Positions 1 through 14,946 are shown, numbered from the whole stretch's first letter. The stretch: 63,821 nucleotides of DNA, filler included, from Octopus bimaculoides (GCF_001194135.2; 7 parts of 7 records of this genome joined end to end with filler, not necessarily neighbours in it), one strand, 5' to 3'. The notes: generated from the letters alone by a model not told the origin. Numbers and translations: made by a program.

Positions 1-49
<49 letters not shown>

Positions 50-150
50 TTATGTATATATATATGCATGTATATATATAGATATACATATATATATATA
101 TACATATATATATCTACACATATATACATATATATCTACACATATATATG

Positions 151-190
<40 letters not shown>

Positions 191-772
191 TAGATAGATA
201 CACACACACATCTGCATGTGTGTGAGTGAATATATATAAATATATATATACACACACATTTATATGTGTGTGAATGAAAATATATATATATATATATGTC
301 TGTATGTTTGTATATACATGTGAGTATGTGTGTTAGCAGTCAATGAGAACATTTTTAAAAAAATAACTGCTTTGTAATTTTTTTTTTTTTGTAAATCATC
401 AAATTTTCTAACTCATTCTCATCAAAAATGGACAAATAGATGGAGTTTCCATTTATAACCAAATATGGACAATATATTTATAAGATTTCAAATCTAACAG
501 CTCAGTTATTTTGTTACATATTAGAGAAAACAGCTAATAATGATGATCACCTATCAATTATGTAAATTTTTACTGATTTCCATATTATCATATTATAAAA
601 AAAACAAAATGGAAATTATGTGTTTATGTACATTAGAGGTTTTTTGTTTTCAATTCTATACATTGCTGTGGGGATTTTTTTTCCCAGTGCAAACATGATA
701 GTTCAATGACATGAAGAAATTATTATTATTATACTTATTTTTATTATTATTCTTGTTATTAATGTTATTATC

Positions 773-1175
773 GATGCAGCGAGTTGGCAAACTCGTTAGC
801 ACATTGGACAAAATGTTTAGTGGTATTTTGTCCGTTTTTACATTCTGAGTTCAACTTTGCCTTTCATTTTTTTCAGGGCTTGATAAAATAAGTACCAGTT
901 GATCACTGGGGTTCATGTAATAAACTTAGCCCCTCCCCTCAAATTTCTGGTTTTGGTGTCAAGCTGGCAGGTTTGTTCCACATTGGACAAAATGCTTCGC
1001 AGTATTTCTTCTGGCTGTTCTGAGCTCAAATCCCACCAAAGTCAACTTTGCCTTTCAACCTTTCAGGGGTGGGGTTGAGAAAATTAAATACCAGTCATGT
1101 ACTAGGGGAGTCAATGGTACTGACTTAGCCCATCCCCTCAAAGTTGTTAGCCATATACCAAAATTAGAAACCGTT
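773..1175 (+). mobile_element. Two tandem, CpG-decayed copies of tRNA-derived SINE family A
   Basis: gagttggcaaactcgttagcac...gttctgagttcaa...gcctttca..tttcagggg..gataaaataagtaccag core (resembles the recalled Meta/MESC SINE core). Confidence 0.8.
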
Positions 1176-2289
1176 ATAATCATTGTTGTTATACATTCTG
1201 CATTTAAATCCCTTCTGTGGTCAACAGTCTTTCATCAGTCCTGAGGCTGAAAAAATACCAGTCATTAGGGTTGATTAAATTAGATCTATACCTATTTTTT
1301 CTGAATTTGTGGCCTTGGTGGCTTATGTCAGACATTATTATTGTTGTTATTATTATTATCAATATTTTTGTTGTTGTTGTTGTTGATTTTTTGTAGTTTA
1401 GCAATTTCGGGTAACTCAGGAAAGGTGTTTTAGTTTATCTAAATAATTTTGTTCAGAAATTTTTTTAAAAACCTTACTATTACTACTTACAGCCATTGTA
1501 TTGTAACCCTGGAAAAGGGTACATAACTCTGCTTGCCTCAGTCTGCCTGACTGACATATTAAAACAGGTTCCACTCCTACTTCACAGCTGAGTGGTTAGC
1601 GGTAGGAAGGGGCATCCAGCTGTAAAAAAAATTGCTCCAACAAAAACCACCCACTCATGCTAGCATGGACAAAAATGGATGTAAAAATATTGAAAATAAT
1701 TAAAACCAAATTGGCTCTGGGCCACCCACTGATGCTATTCCACTGTCCTGGTGTTTATATTTGTAGATATTTGTATCATATGTCAGCTACTTTTCACCTG
1801 CTTCCAGCGCAATTTTTGAATTAGATTTTTTTGGGGGGGGGGTTTATTCCAGAGAATTCAATATCCAATTTAGAACAGAAAAGTTGTTCAACAACAACAA
1901 CAACAATGGGATTTTGGAGACAATTTCAGGATTTGTGATTGAATGGGGAAATTTTTTTTAAGATGAGACTGAGCCAGAAATGTACCCACCCCCATTGCAT
2001 TGTGAGACGAGAAGTGGTAAATGTTATGTTCCAAGATGATTTTAAAACTGTTTCAAGAATGAAATGCATATCCATATTTTCAATAATAATTAGAAGAATT
2101 TACAGAGGTATTTTTTAACAATTTTATCTTGTTAATGATTGCAGTGATAATAATTATTCCTGTTAGACTCGTTTGGGAAATTCTAAGCCATATTGTTAAT
2201 TATCATCATCATTGCACACAACTTTGCTCAAATCACTTTATGACTAACAATTGAAACTCTAAATACATTTTCTTATAGACACATATTCT

Positions 2290-3061
2290 CAGAAATGTTA
2301 GCACGCCGGGTAAAATGCTTAGCAGTGTTTTGTCTGTCGTTACATTCTGGTTTCAAATTGCACCGAGGTCGACTTTGCCTTTCATCCTTTCAGGGTCAAT
2401 AAATTAAGTACCAGTTGCATACTAGGGTCGATCTAATCCAATGGCCCCGTCCCCCAAAATTTCAGGCCTTGTGCTTAGAGTAGAGACGAATATGAGATTT
2501 TACCAACATTTATAGAAATATATATATTTTTTTTGTGCCAATATTTTGACACTGTTATTAGGGCAGTGAGCTGGCAGAATTGTTAGCACACCTGGCAAAC
2601 TGCTTAGTGGCATTTCATCCCTCCTTATGTTCTGAGTTTAAATTCAACTGAGGTCAATTTTACCTTTCATTTCAGGGTTGATAAAATAAGTACCGGTTGA
2701 ATGCTGGTGTCAATGTATTCAACTTATCCCCACCACCCTGAAATAGCAGGCCTTGTGTCAAAATTAGAAACCAATATTTTGACACTGTTATTCTTGCGAT
2801 CAATATTATTTATTAGTCATAGGAAGGCAGCAAGCAGGCAGAATAATTAGCATGCTGGGCGGAATGCTTAGCAGCATTTTGTCTGTCTATACATTCTGAG
2901 TTCAAATTCCTCAGAGGTCGATTTTGCCTTTCATCCTTTTGGGATTGATAAATTAAGTACCAGTTGAGTACTGGGGTCGATGTAATCGACTTACTCCCTC
3001 CCCCAAAATTGCTAGCCTTGTACCAAGATTTGAAACCAATATTATTTATTAGTCATAGGAA
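2290..3061 (+). mobile_element. Three family A SINE copies, two with long TSDs
   Basis: TSD ccaatattttgacactgttatt (2538-2559 / 2771-2792) and caatattatttattagtcataggaa (2801-2825 / 3037-3061). Confidence 0.85.
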
Positions 3062-3528
3062 CAAAATTTAGAGGTTATCTACAATAATAACAATCGTTGT
3101 TTTGGGGAAAAGACTAAGTTTGAAAATTACACAATAGAGATAATTATCATTAGTATTTTTAATTACACTTTATAGGAAGTACAGTATTGGAAGTACAGTG
3201 TCCACCTCTTCTCAGACTCTACATTCTGTTTGGTTAGAATTCCTGTAAAGTGATTGATATCTACAGGGAAAGGATCTAGGCTGCAATTTCATAAATGGAA
3301 GTACTGAGATTTTAAGATGATAGGTGGAGGAAATAGGCAATAGCATACAGAATCAAATTTTACATTAGCTTCTTACTGCTACAATTTAATTGCCAATAAT
3401 TATTATTACTATTCACTCCACGTCTGCACTAGTGCTTCCTGGACTTCCAGGTGTGTAGTTATATTAAATGGCAACCCTAAATTTTAAAAACTGTTACCTA
3501 ATAATCAAGCCCTAGCTGGAGTACTCAC

Positions 3529-3569
3529 CATGAGTTCTCTTTGATTCTCTGAATTCTTCATTCTGTTAT
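3529..3569 (-). CDS. Candidate 41-nt internal exon (phase 1 to 0)
   Basis: Acceptor ttcttaattattccattatatag|, consensus donor atg|gtgagt; only one frame is open (xNRMKNSENQRELM) and it is phase-compatible with 7836-7977 (t|at = Tyr). Confidence 0.4.
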
Positions 3570-4278
3570 CTATATAATGGAATAATTAAGAAATCATATC
3601 CTATTTTCAATGAAGCTTATGTAGGTATATCTATATATGTAACTGAAACACTGCCAGCCTTTCTTCTTACTACTTTTTACACCCCCCCTAACTAGCTCAT
3701 ACCACCCACTACTTCCCACGATAATTTCTCAGAAGGAATGAAACAGTCTGAGTAAGATTGAGTTGTTTGTTGTCAAATTAAAGTACTGGTTGATCTGGTC
3801 AAGTAATATCAGTGTATGCTGGCTGATCTTAGTGTTCAGTAACAGAGCTTCTCCATTGTCACTGCTGAAAATAGCAACCAAACCTCCCTCAAATCATGCC
3901 CTGCCATCTTAAATAATTTACTTCCTGATATATCAAAAGCCTGGATGGTCACAAGGGGAATGGTTTTTCATTGTAGTTCGGTTCAGTCGAGGATGACCTG
4001 AAGTTAAAAAGCAACAATCAAACTACATTTTGAGTCAATGCAAGAAGGCCTCCATATAGTCACTCAACTCACTAGAAACAACAGCAAAATTTCCTTCAAA
4101 TTACACTCCTACATTCTTAAGTTAGATAGGAATACACTGCAGAATATGGTTCTATAAATATATATTTTGTGTGTGTCTGTATATATATACATGAATACAT
4201 ATACTAGAAGAAAACTGATTATCAGTGTTTCTCATTGTATATATAAATATTAGCAAATCATAAGTGTTATATATATAT

Positions 4279-4500
4279 CGTTGCCAGTACTGCCTGACTG
4301 GCCTTCGTGCGGGTGACACGTAAAAGCACCCACTACACTCTCGGAGTGGTTGGCGTTAGGAAGGGCATCCAGCTGTAGAAACTCTGCCAAATCAGATTGG
4401 AGCCTGGTGTAGCCATCTGGTTTCACCAGTCCTCAGTCAAATTGTCCAACCCATGCTAGCATGGAAAGCGGACATTAAACGATGATGATGATGATGATGA
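4279..4500 (+). mobile_element. RTE-LINE 3' end / RTE-tailed SINE copy with (GAT)n tail
   Basis: ...agggcatccagctgtagaaactctgcc...catggaaagcggacattaaac(gat)n, matching the 3' UTR of 52068-53240. Confidence 0.85.
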
Positions 4501-4595
4501 TATATATATACACACACACATCCCACATATATATACACACACACCGCACATACATATATATATACACACACAACACATACATACATACACACCGC

Positions 4596-4637
<42 letters not shown>

Positions 4638-4845
4638 CCCACATATATATTTATATATATACATACACCACATACATTTACATATATACATATATACACA
4701 TACATCACATACATTTACATATCTGCATATATATATATATATATANNNNNNNNNNNNNNNNNNNNNNNNNNNNNNNNNNNNNNNNNNNNNNNNNNNNNNN
4801 NNNNNNNNNNNNNNNNNNNNNNNNNNNNNNNNNNNNNNNNNNNNN

Positions 4846-5832
4846 AAGCGACGGAGTGCCAAAAAATTTCTGGAAAGTAAAAACATGCTGTACAAACAGC
4901 AAAAAGCGACATGTGCAGTTTATGGAAATGGTGCCATTGCTGAGAGGACAGTTTGTAAGAGGTTTACTAGGATTAGGAATGAAAATTTTCATCTGGAAGA
5001 CTATGAATATTCCAGCAGGCCCACAGTCATTGATGATGACCAAATCGAAACGCTAATCAACATATAATCCAGGTCACACAACAGAAGACATTGCAGAAAT
5101 ACTCCACATATTTCATGTGTGAATCTTTATGATTTTGGGTGCCTCATAATTTCAATCTGGGATTCTCTGCTCAAACACGACAAAAGGATCCATTTTTGAA
5201 AAGAATGATCACAGGTGATTGAAAAATGGATTGTTTTTTTAAACAATGGTGGAATAATAAAAAAAAAAAAGCCTGGAGAAAATTAAATGAACCACCTTTA
5301 ATGACCCCGAAAGCTGGTCAATATCCAAAGTAGGTGATGCTTTTTATCTGGTGGTATAGGAACAGTGTTGTGTATTCACACAATCTGATGTTGAATTCAA
5401 ACAATTATTGTTCCCAGTTATGTAAATTAAACAAGGCAATCAATGATAATTACTCAGAATTAGCCAATTGGAAGCATCTTGCCTTTCTTTAGGACAATGC
5501 TAGGCTTCATGTTTCCTTGAAGACTCAGCAGAAATTGGTACACTTTGGGTGGGATGTTCTACTACATTGACTGCGCTCATTTGACCCTGCACCTTCAGAT
5601 TACCATTTATTTTGATACCTACAAAATTCTCCAAATTGGAAGAACTTCAATTCTTTGGAAGACTGTAAAAACCACTTGGACCGAAAAAGGCTAATTTATA
5701 AGAGGAAAGGATCGGGAAGCTACCTCAAAGATGACAAAAGGGAGTGAAACAAAATGGGACATGTGATTGAATAAATATCTAAATGTTGTTTTAGCATTTA
5801 ACTCAAAAAACAGTACGAACTTTTGTTCCAAC

Positions 5833-5838
<6 letters not shown>
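4846..5838 (+). mobile_element. Mariner (DD34D) transposon relic, left end in gap
   Basis: Degenerate transposase pieces AVYGNGAIAERTV, RPTVIDDDQI, WVPHNF, KRMITGD, DNARLHVS, PAPSDYHLF; right TIR ...gaacttttgttccaacccaa followed by TA. Confidence 0.9.
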
Positions 5839-5878
<40 letters not shown>

Positions 5879-6802
5879 AACACACACACACACATACATA
5901 TACATAAATATAAATGTATACATATATGTGTGCATTTATATATATATGTATGCATATATGTGTGCATATACATGTGTGTGTGTATATATATGTGCATATA
6001 TGTATATATGTGTGTGTGTGTGTGTGCATATATGTGAGTGTGTATATACGTACATATGTGTGCATATGTATGTGTATAAATACATATATATATGTATATA
6101 TATATACACATATATACATGCATATATACATATATATATATGTATGTATATATACACATATATATATGTATAATATATGTATACAGATATGTATATATGT
6201 GTGTGTGTATATATACATATATATATGCGTACACACAAACACACACACAAATACACACATACACATGCACACATATACACGCACATTGATATACATGCAT
6301 ATGTGTCTTTGTTTCAAAATCGTTATGCTTAGATTTAAATTATTTGTGTAGATAAAGCGTAGAAATATACAAAAAAACAAAAAAAGGTTAAAAAAAAAAA
6401 TAATAAATAATAATAATAATAGAAATGGGAAAGAATTTATAAAGTTAAGATTTTCAGTTCACTATATCTGTTAGTATTGCCTTCTTGTTGATACACTATC
6501 CTTCCAAAGGTTTTGGGACTAGAGTTTGGCCACATAATATGCCAGCAATTTTACAGAACTTATACAGAAAATAATTATAATTATCTAAAATTATTTGTAA
6601 TTTGCAGAAAATTTGTCAAATATGCCAAATAGTAAAGGTTAACAAAAAATAGTAAAAAAAAAAAAAATTGGATGAATGTTAATAAAAAGAGAAGGGGGGA
6701 AAATTATTTGGAAAAAACGATATATTTCATTAAGTCTTGGTTCCAAGATTGTGGACATCTGATCTAAATGTGGCGTTTAGAGAGTAGAAAGGTTTATACA
6801 TC

Positions 6803-6839
<37 letters not shown>

Positions 6840-7835
6840 AGAGAGAGACGAGGAAATGAAACAAGGCTGACAGAAGGCAAACAAAGAAGTTGATGTAAAG
6901 ACTGTAGCCTGGCCTGACTGTAATATGTCTTTTAATTGGTACGCACTAGTGAAGCAGTAGAAGAAGAAGCAGCAAAAGCAGAATGGCAGAATTGTATTAG
7001 AAGAGAGAGAGAGAAAGAGAGAGTGTGTGTGTGTGTCTGTTTTTTTCTTTGTACTTTTTTTTTGTTTCAGTCATTAGTCTGTGGCCAAGCTGGGGCGCTG
7101 CCTTGAAGAATTTTAGTCAAACAAATCGACCTCAGTACTTAATATTATTTTGCCAAACCACTAAGTTACAGGGATGTAAACACACCAACACCAGTTGTCA
7201 GGCAATGGTGGTGGGGGACAAACACATACACAAAGACACACACACATACACAAAGACACACACACATATACAAAGACACACACACATACCCAAAGACACA
7301 CATATGACAAACTTCTTTCAGTTTCTGTCTACCAAATCTACTCACAAGGCTTTGGTCAGCTTGTGGCTATAGCAGAAGACACTTGCTCAAGGTACCATGC
7401 AGTGGAACCAAACCCAAAACTAAGTTGTTGGGAAACAAACTTCTCACCACAGAGCCACAGACCTCTCAGAGTCTATGAGGCAGAGAAAACCAACCTATCA
7501 TTTATATATTTATATATTCTCCAATAGAGTGGATATATTCATTATTTACACAATACAATATTATAAACCCATATTTAAATGATTTTTACCAATTGGTTTG
7601 ATACAGAAAAATTGGGGAAATTTGCCAAAATGAGCCAATAAACTTGTATTGTATAATTTATAAATATGTGTGTATATATTGTATAATTTGTAAATATGTG
7701 CATATATATTATTTAATTTATAAATATGTGTGTGTATATAAATATGTGTGAATATATGTATAATTTATAAATATGTGTGTATATATGTGTGTATATATAT
7801 CCAAAATGAGTCCCACAAAAGACATTATTCCTTAC

Positions 7836-7977
7836 ACAAAGACACACCGATTTGTGACAGACGTTCCGATGAAACAGGATAATCTATTTTGTTGTATTCA
7901 TAGTTTGGAATAAAACTTCTTGATCCAAAGATTTCACACTTTGGTTTCTGTATTCTAAGCGACCAGACCATGTTCCT
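7836..7977 (-). CDS. Candidate internal exon (142 nt, phase 0 to 1) of an unidentified minus-strand gene
   Basis: Branch-like ctaat plus cag acceptor, donor gtaagg; open frame RNMVWSLRIQKPKCEIFGSRSFIPNYEYNKIDYPVSSERLSQIGVSL. Confidence 0.4.
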
Positions 7978-8321
7978 CTGAATTAGTAAAATCCAAGAAT
8001 ATATGTGTGTGTAAGTGTGTATGCACACATATATATTTATACACACACACACATATATGTATGTATGTATGGTATGTTTATACAGACCATATCAAGCACC
8101 ATTATAATACTAGTTAACACCAACATGAAATTGGAATTAAAAAAACTCACCCCTCCTACCTAACTAGAATGAGTTAGTGTCCTGATTACTTTCCTTAGAT
8201 TTAATTGTTGATTCTATCGAGTGGTAGAAATAGTCTGTCTTGCTGCACAGACAGACATGGTTCAAGTCTTGGAACCAGATTTCGTGGTTTACTTTCATCT
8301 CAAAATGATATTTAAAAAAAA

Positions 8322-8713
8322 GGTGCAGGAGTGGCTGTGTGGTAAGTATCTTGCTTACCAACCACATGATTCTGGGGTCAGTCCCACTGTGTGACACCTT
8401 GGGCAAGTGTCTTCTGCTATAGCCTCAGGCTGACCAAAGCCTTGTGAGTGGATTTGGTAGATGGAAACTGAAAGAAGACTGTCATATATATATATGTTTG
8501 TGTGTCTGTGTCTGTCCCCCCACCATCGCTTGACAACCGATGTTAGTGTGTCTATGTCCCCATAACCTATGGTTCGGCAAAAAAAACTGATAGAACAAAT
8601 ACTAGGCTTACAAAGAATAAATTCTGGGGTCAATTTGTTTGACTAAAGGTGGTGCTCCAGCATGGCTGCAGTCAAATGACTGAAACAAATAAAAGAATAA
8701 AAGAGTAAAAGAG
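8322..8713 (+). mobile_element. Full-length tRNA-derived CORE-like SINE family B
   Basis: Head ggtgcaggagtggctgtgtggtaag, caccttgggcaagtgtc (CORE-like), internal (TA)/(TG), tail (aaagag)n. Further copies at about 7040-7420(-), 9025-9385(+), 31650-31993(+), 40962-41290(-), 46148-46310(+), 50645-50985(+), 57678-58078(+). Confidence 0.85.
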
Positions 8714-9386
8714 TGACGTATGATTTATTCATCAAATTCACATCATTCAAATAGGAAGCAGTTCTAGATTTCTCATTTATTTTAATTTGGATCTTAACCA
8801 ATTTGAATAAGTAGAAATAATGATATTTAATAATAACTGGATGTATATGCTCTTGATTTTAAACTCATAACATTGTGCAGTCATGATCAAAGTGCAGTTC
8901 TGCAAGACTTTCTGAATGACAGGCCAATGAAAATTGACCTTAAATTTTTTAGTAGTGCAGCCTGTGTGATGAGTCATGTCTGATGTCACCCACTTCTTGA
9001 AAATGTTGCCCAGATGGTGCAGGTACGGCTGATGGTAAGAAGTTTGTTTCATAGCCATGTGGTTCTGGGCTCAGTCTCACTGCTTGGCACTTTGGGCAAG
9101 CGTCTTCTACTATTGCCCTGGGACAACCAAAGTCTCATGAGTGGATTTGATAGACAGAAATTGAAAGAAACCCCCTTGTATATATGTATGTATGTGTATC
9201 TGTGTGTGCATGCATGTGTGTGTATGTGTGTGTATATGTGTTTGTACATGTTTGACTTCACCACTGTTTGACAACCTGTGTTGGTTTGTTTATGTCTCTG
9301 TAACATTGCAGTCTGGCAAATAAGGCCGGCAGAATAAATACCAGGTTTAAAAAAGTAAGTACTGGGGTTAATTTGTTCGACTAAAC

Positions 9387-9430
<44 letters not shown>

Positions 9431-11167
9431 TTATATATATATGTGTGTGTNNNNNNNNNNNNNNNNNNNNNNNNNNNNNNNNNNNNNNNNNNNNNNNNNN
9501 NNNNNNNNNNNNNNNNNNNNNNNNNNNNNNNNNNNNNNNNNNNNNNNNNNNNNNNNNNNNNNNNNNNNNNNNNNNNNNNNNNNNNNNNNNNNNNNNNNNN
9601 NNNNNNNNNNNNNNNNNNNNNNNNNNNNNNNNNNNNNNNNNNNNNNNNNNNNNNNNNNNNNNNNNNNNNNNNNNNNNNNNNNNNNNNNNNNNNNNNNNNN
9701 NNNNNNNNNNNNNNNNNNNNNNNNNNNNNNNNNNNNNNNNNNNNNNNNNNNNNNNNNNNNNNNNNNNNNNNNNNNNNNNNNNNNNNNNNNNNNNNNNNNN
9801 NNNNNNNNNNNNNNNNNNNNNNNNNNNNNNNNNNNNNNNNNNNNNNNNNNNNNNNNNNNNNNNNNNNNNNNNNNNNNNNNNNNNNNNNNNNNNNNNNNNN
9901 NNNNNNNNNNNNNNNNNNNNNNNNNNNNNNNNNNNNNNNNNNNNNNNNNNNNNNNNNNNNNNNNNNNNNNNNNNNNNNNNNNNNNNNNNNNNNNNNNNNN
10001 NNNNNNNNNNNNNNNNNNNNNNNNNNNNNNNNNNNNNNNNNNNNNNNNNNNNNNNNNNNNNNNNNNNNNNNNNNNNNNNNNNNNNNNNNNNNNNNNNNNN
10101 NNNNNNNNNNNNNNNNNNNNNNNNNNNNNNNNNNNNNNNNNNNNATATATATAAATATATATATATATATATAATATATATATATATATATGATATTCAT
10201 TTTTACAAATAGAAGCTTGACTGTGACTTTCGTTCTTTCTGACTTTATATAGTTTTTTCCAGGTTCTCCCATCGATAGTTGGAGTAATGTAAATGAGAAT
10301 TAGGTGTAGTGTAGGTAGACAGGTGAAGTACTATATTGTCATACACATGTAGCTGATCACACACACAAATACACCGACACATATATATGTAGGTATGTCT
10401 ATGTGAATGTACATGACAGAGTGGTTAGAGGGTGTGGCTCATGACCACAAGGCCATGGTTATAAATTCCTATGCAAAATGGTTTGTTGTACTCTTGAGTA
10501 AAACACTTCCTTTCATGTTGTCCCACTCAGCTGAAAACAGTATCAACACTAGCTGAGGGTTGAAACCGGTGTTGCATATGTCATGTTACTGCTACCAAAT
10601 CTATCACCTGTTGAAGGCCAAAAAAAAGACACCACATCCACCCATACAAACACACATACATATATGTACACATATATACATATACACATATATACTTATG
10701 TATATAATACACATATATATATACACACACACACACATATACATGTGCCTATATATCTACTATATCTACATATCTCTCTCTCTCTCTCTAAATAGATTCA
10801 TACATACAAATACATATATATTCCTACTATCTCAGTGCCTGTCTTTTTACACCATACCTGCAATAGGAACAAGTTTCATAAATTTTCTATCATTTCTATT
10901 CTTTTCCTTCACTTATGCTTTTACATCTTGCTTTTAATAAAGTAAATTAAATGAATCATTAGATCTGCTTCTATTTATTTTATTTTGTTTTATTTTGTAT
11001 TTATCTTCATTCTGCTCCTGCTTCTGTTGTTAGTGTTTCAAGGTTTCCATACTTTTTCTCCATATACACATATATTTATATATATANNNNNNNNNNNNNN
11101 NNNNNNNNNNNNNNNNNNNNNNNNNNNNNNNNNNNNNNNNNNNNNNNNNNNNNNNNNNNNNNNNNNA

Positions 11168-11745
11168 AATATTTATAACATGGTATAAGACTACGAAAGA
11201 ATATATCAGACTTTACAAGACTGGTTTAAAAAACTTTATTAGAGGTGTTGAAAGTGCCGTCCTTCATTTCCAATACATAGAATTTAATTTCTTATTTACT
11301 GCTGTGTGAGCACTTCCTAGGCTGATTTCCGTTTCTTGTGACAATTTGCGTAAGGACTTTGATGGACTTGCCAACAGTTTATCTGAAATATTGGAGAGTG
11401 TTTCATCTGAAAGAACAGTAGGCCTACTGCTTCTTGCTGCGTCTTCCACTGAGCCTGTGCTTCTCAATTTTCTTATCAAATCCTGCACAGTGTCACGATG
11501 TGGAACAACAGTATTTGGGAAAGTTTCACTGAACTTCTGTTTCAAAGTATCTGTGTATTTGTTTACTGCTTAAAATACCCATTCAACTAAAAATGTACGT
11601 TCTTCAATGGTTAGCATGTTGACATGCTGAAGGGTACACAATGACTGCGGGACAATGGCTGACACCCAGCCGCCCGCTCAAGGATAACCAAGTTGTGCAT
11701 GCGCAGGATGAAAGAATTCACTGCAGAGAGACTTTTTGAACACCT

Positions 11746-11749
<4 letters not shown>
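11168..11749 (-). mobile_element. Internally deleted Tc1/mariner (DD37D/maT-like) element
   Basis: Minus-strand ORF KFSETFPNTVVPHRDTVQDLIRKLRSTGSVEDAARSSRPTVLS...LRKLSQET (HTH region) joined at about 11277 to the C-terminal IGNEGRHFQHL-stop; TIR tacaaggtgttcaaaaagtctc at 11749-11728. Confidence 0.8.
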
Positions 11750-11786
<37 letters not shown>

Positions 11787-12028
11787 TCACACATCACCAT
11801 TATCAACATCATCAGTGTTTTACGTCTGCTTTTCCATGCTGGCATGAATCAGATGTCTTTCTGAGAAATCTCTTTATAGCTGGATGATTTTTCTGAAACC
11901 AATGCTTTTTGTTTCCACAATATGTGGGGATGTGGGGGGGGTGTCTCTCTGAAGCTAGGCTACATATGATCCCTGTGTATGCATGCATATATACATACAC
12001 ATACATATATGTAATTATGTCTGTATAA

Positions 12029-12065
<37 letters not shown>

Positions 12066-12196
12066 TAAACAAACATACATATATATGCACAACCATACAC
12101 ATAATGACACATATATATAATTATGCATATACAGACACATATATGTCATTATGTCAACATAAATACACACATAATTATAAATATATATATATATAT

Positions 12197-12311
<115 letters not shown>

Positions 12312-12511
12312 TATATAAATAAATATACACACACACACATACACACGTACAACTGAACACATAATGATATATATACATAATATGCATATAAAAATTTCTC
12401 TTCACATCTTTTGAACTAGTCTGTTTGAACAGACATCATGTAAACCTAAAAATTTCACTTGGAATGAATTGTATGCATGTGTATGCACATATGTACGTAT
12501 GAAAGTATGTA

Positions 12512-12554
<43 letters not shown>

Positions 12555-12644
12555 ATGCATGTATGGGTTTATACAAATACCAGCTGAGAAAAAAAAAAAA
12601 AAACAGAAGTAAAATAGAAATGTTTTCAAGAAATCAAAGAATTA

Positions 12645-12990
12645 TTATTAGGTGAAAGATGAGAATTGTTGAAGCTCTAAAATAAGTGGTAAGAAAAGGC
12701 AGAATGGTTCGGCGAGATAAGAATGGATTCTAGAACAGTGTCCGTCTGAATACCTTTGGGAGGATGGTGTAGAGATGATTTGGATGGAATTGTGAATGAG
12801 AAAAAGAACTGGTCGATATATCATTGCCTACCTATCTCAGTTTGAGCGCTATCAGCTCCTATCTCGGCCTCCAACGCCTCTAGTAGCGCTGTTATCATTG
12901 ATTCTATAAAAAGTAGAGGTAGCAGGATGTAAACAGAGCCAACGAAGAAGCATGAGAGATGAATAAAAGAGAAGAAGCCTCTATCACTAA
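12645..12990 (+). mobile_element. Possible Penelope-like 3' fragment / pseudo-LTR
   Basis: RMRIVEALK*...RDKNGF resembles the GIY-YIG C-terminal EAL(E)I..NRD.G motif; followed by TATAAA and AATAAA. Confidence 0.35.
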
Positions 12991-13067
12991 ACAAAATAAA
13001 TATATAAAATATATATAAATATTACATAGAACAAAAGAAAATATCAAAACACACTATACTGACTTGA

Positions 13068-13123
<56 letters not shown>

Positions 13124-13246
13124 TGTGTGCATATGTGTGCATGTATGTATGTTGTATATAAATATATATCTTTATACATTTTTATGGACAAATATATCTG
13201 TATAAATATATATATATGCGTATGTCGATGTATATGCATATGTGTG

Positions 13247-13279
<33 letters not shown>

Positions 13280-13439
13280 ACATTTATAATTATATATATA
13301 TATATATATGTACATTTATAATTGTATATATATATATATATATATGTATACACATNNNNNNNNNNTTATAATTGTATATATATATATATATATATGTATA
13401 CACATACATTTACACACATAAATGCACATACACATGTAT

Positions 13440-13474
<35 letters not shown>

Positions 13475-13547
13475 CATACATACACATGAATATGCATATA
13501 TACACACATATTTATATATACATACAATCATACACACACACACACAC

Positions 13548-13607
<60 letters not shown>

Positions 13608-14006
13608 CAAACGTATTTATACAGGCACTCTCACATTTAGGAAACGTCGTTTCTGAATATTTTGCTGTAAAGACAAAGTCATCGAAGTGTATCCAATAAT
13701 TTCCAGATTCCAAGGAACTCAAAGAACATGGAACACATTGGAAAACAGATTGCAGGTCTTGGATTCTGTGTTTACAGCAAGATTTTCACAAATGCAAAGC
13801 TTCCTTAACAACAAGGATGCTTGTGTTTATACATTTGTACATATACAAATTCATACACACACACACACACACATGCACAACACACGCATATATATATATG
13901 CATATGCAGATAAATATACATAAACAGATGCTAATATATATATATACACATGCAAATACATACATATATATATGTGTGTATATATATATATGTGTATGTG
14001 TGTGTG

Positions 14007-14045
<39 letters not shown>

Positions 14046-14158
14046 CTATATTTACACACACATATATACACATATAGACATGCATATGTACATACATTGA
14101 TACATATAATTACACATTTATACACACAAACATCAATCTACACATATATATGTGTATG

Positions 14159-14194
<36 letters not shown>

Positions 14195-14650
14195 TATATT
14201 CATATGCACGTTTTATCGTTTTTGCATATAGATGTTTGTGTATGAGTATATATGAAATATACGTCAAAATCAGTGTATATAAATGTACATATACTTCCTT
14301 GTATACATGTATATTCCTTCGTTTTCTCTTTATATACACATGTGCAAATAATACATATGTATATGCATGCACCTACATATATGCCCAAACATACACACCC
14401 ATATACATATATGTACATACACAAACATATACATACATACATACACACTTTTAAGTACATAGATATGTATATTTTTACATGTGGATACACCCACACAATC
14501 TACATCGTGTGTGTGTATGTGTGTGTATGTATGTGTGTGTGTATGTGTGTGTGTGCATGTATGTGTGTGCATATGTGTGTATGTGCGTATGTGTGTATGT
14601 ATGTATATATACATACATATATATACATACATACATACATATACACACGT

Positions 14651-14683
<33 letters not shown>

Positions 14684-14946
14684 TTGAGCTGAATGTCCCC
14701 CTACAAAAATATCTTATTATTATTATTATTATTTAAATACTTTTATTATTATGCTGAAATGAAAATGGAAGAATAAATAAAATTAGAGAGAGATATGTTG
14801 GGACTTTAAGTTAATTTAATTCGTTAATTAAAATTGATCAATTAGTCACTCTACAGTGCAGAAAGCATAAAACTCTTTGATTCTTAAAATTTTTCTCTCA
14901 GTGTAACTGCAACAATATGTGAATACACTTTAATCTAGACATTTAC

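Noticed and set aside
13316-13405. Direct duplication flanking the 10-N gap at 13356-13365
   Set aside because: Typical overlap of adjacent contig ends; assembly artefact.
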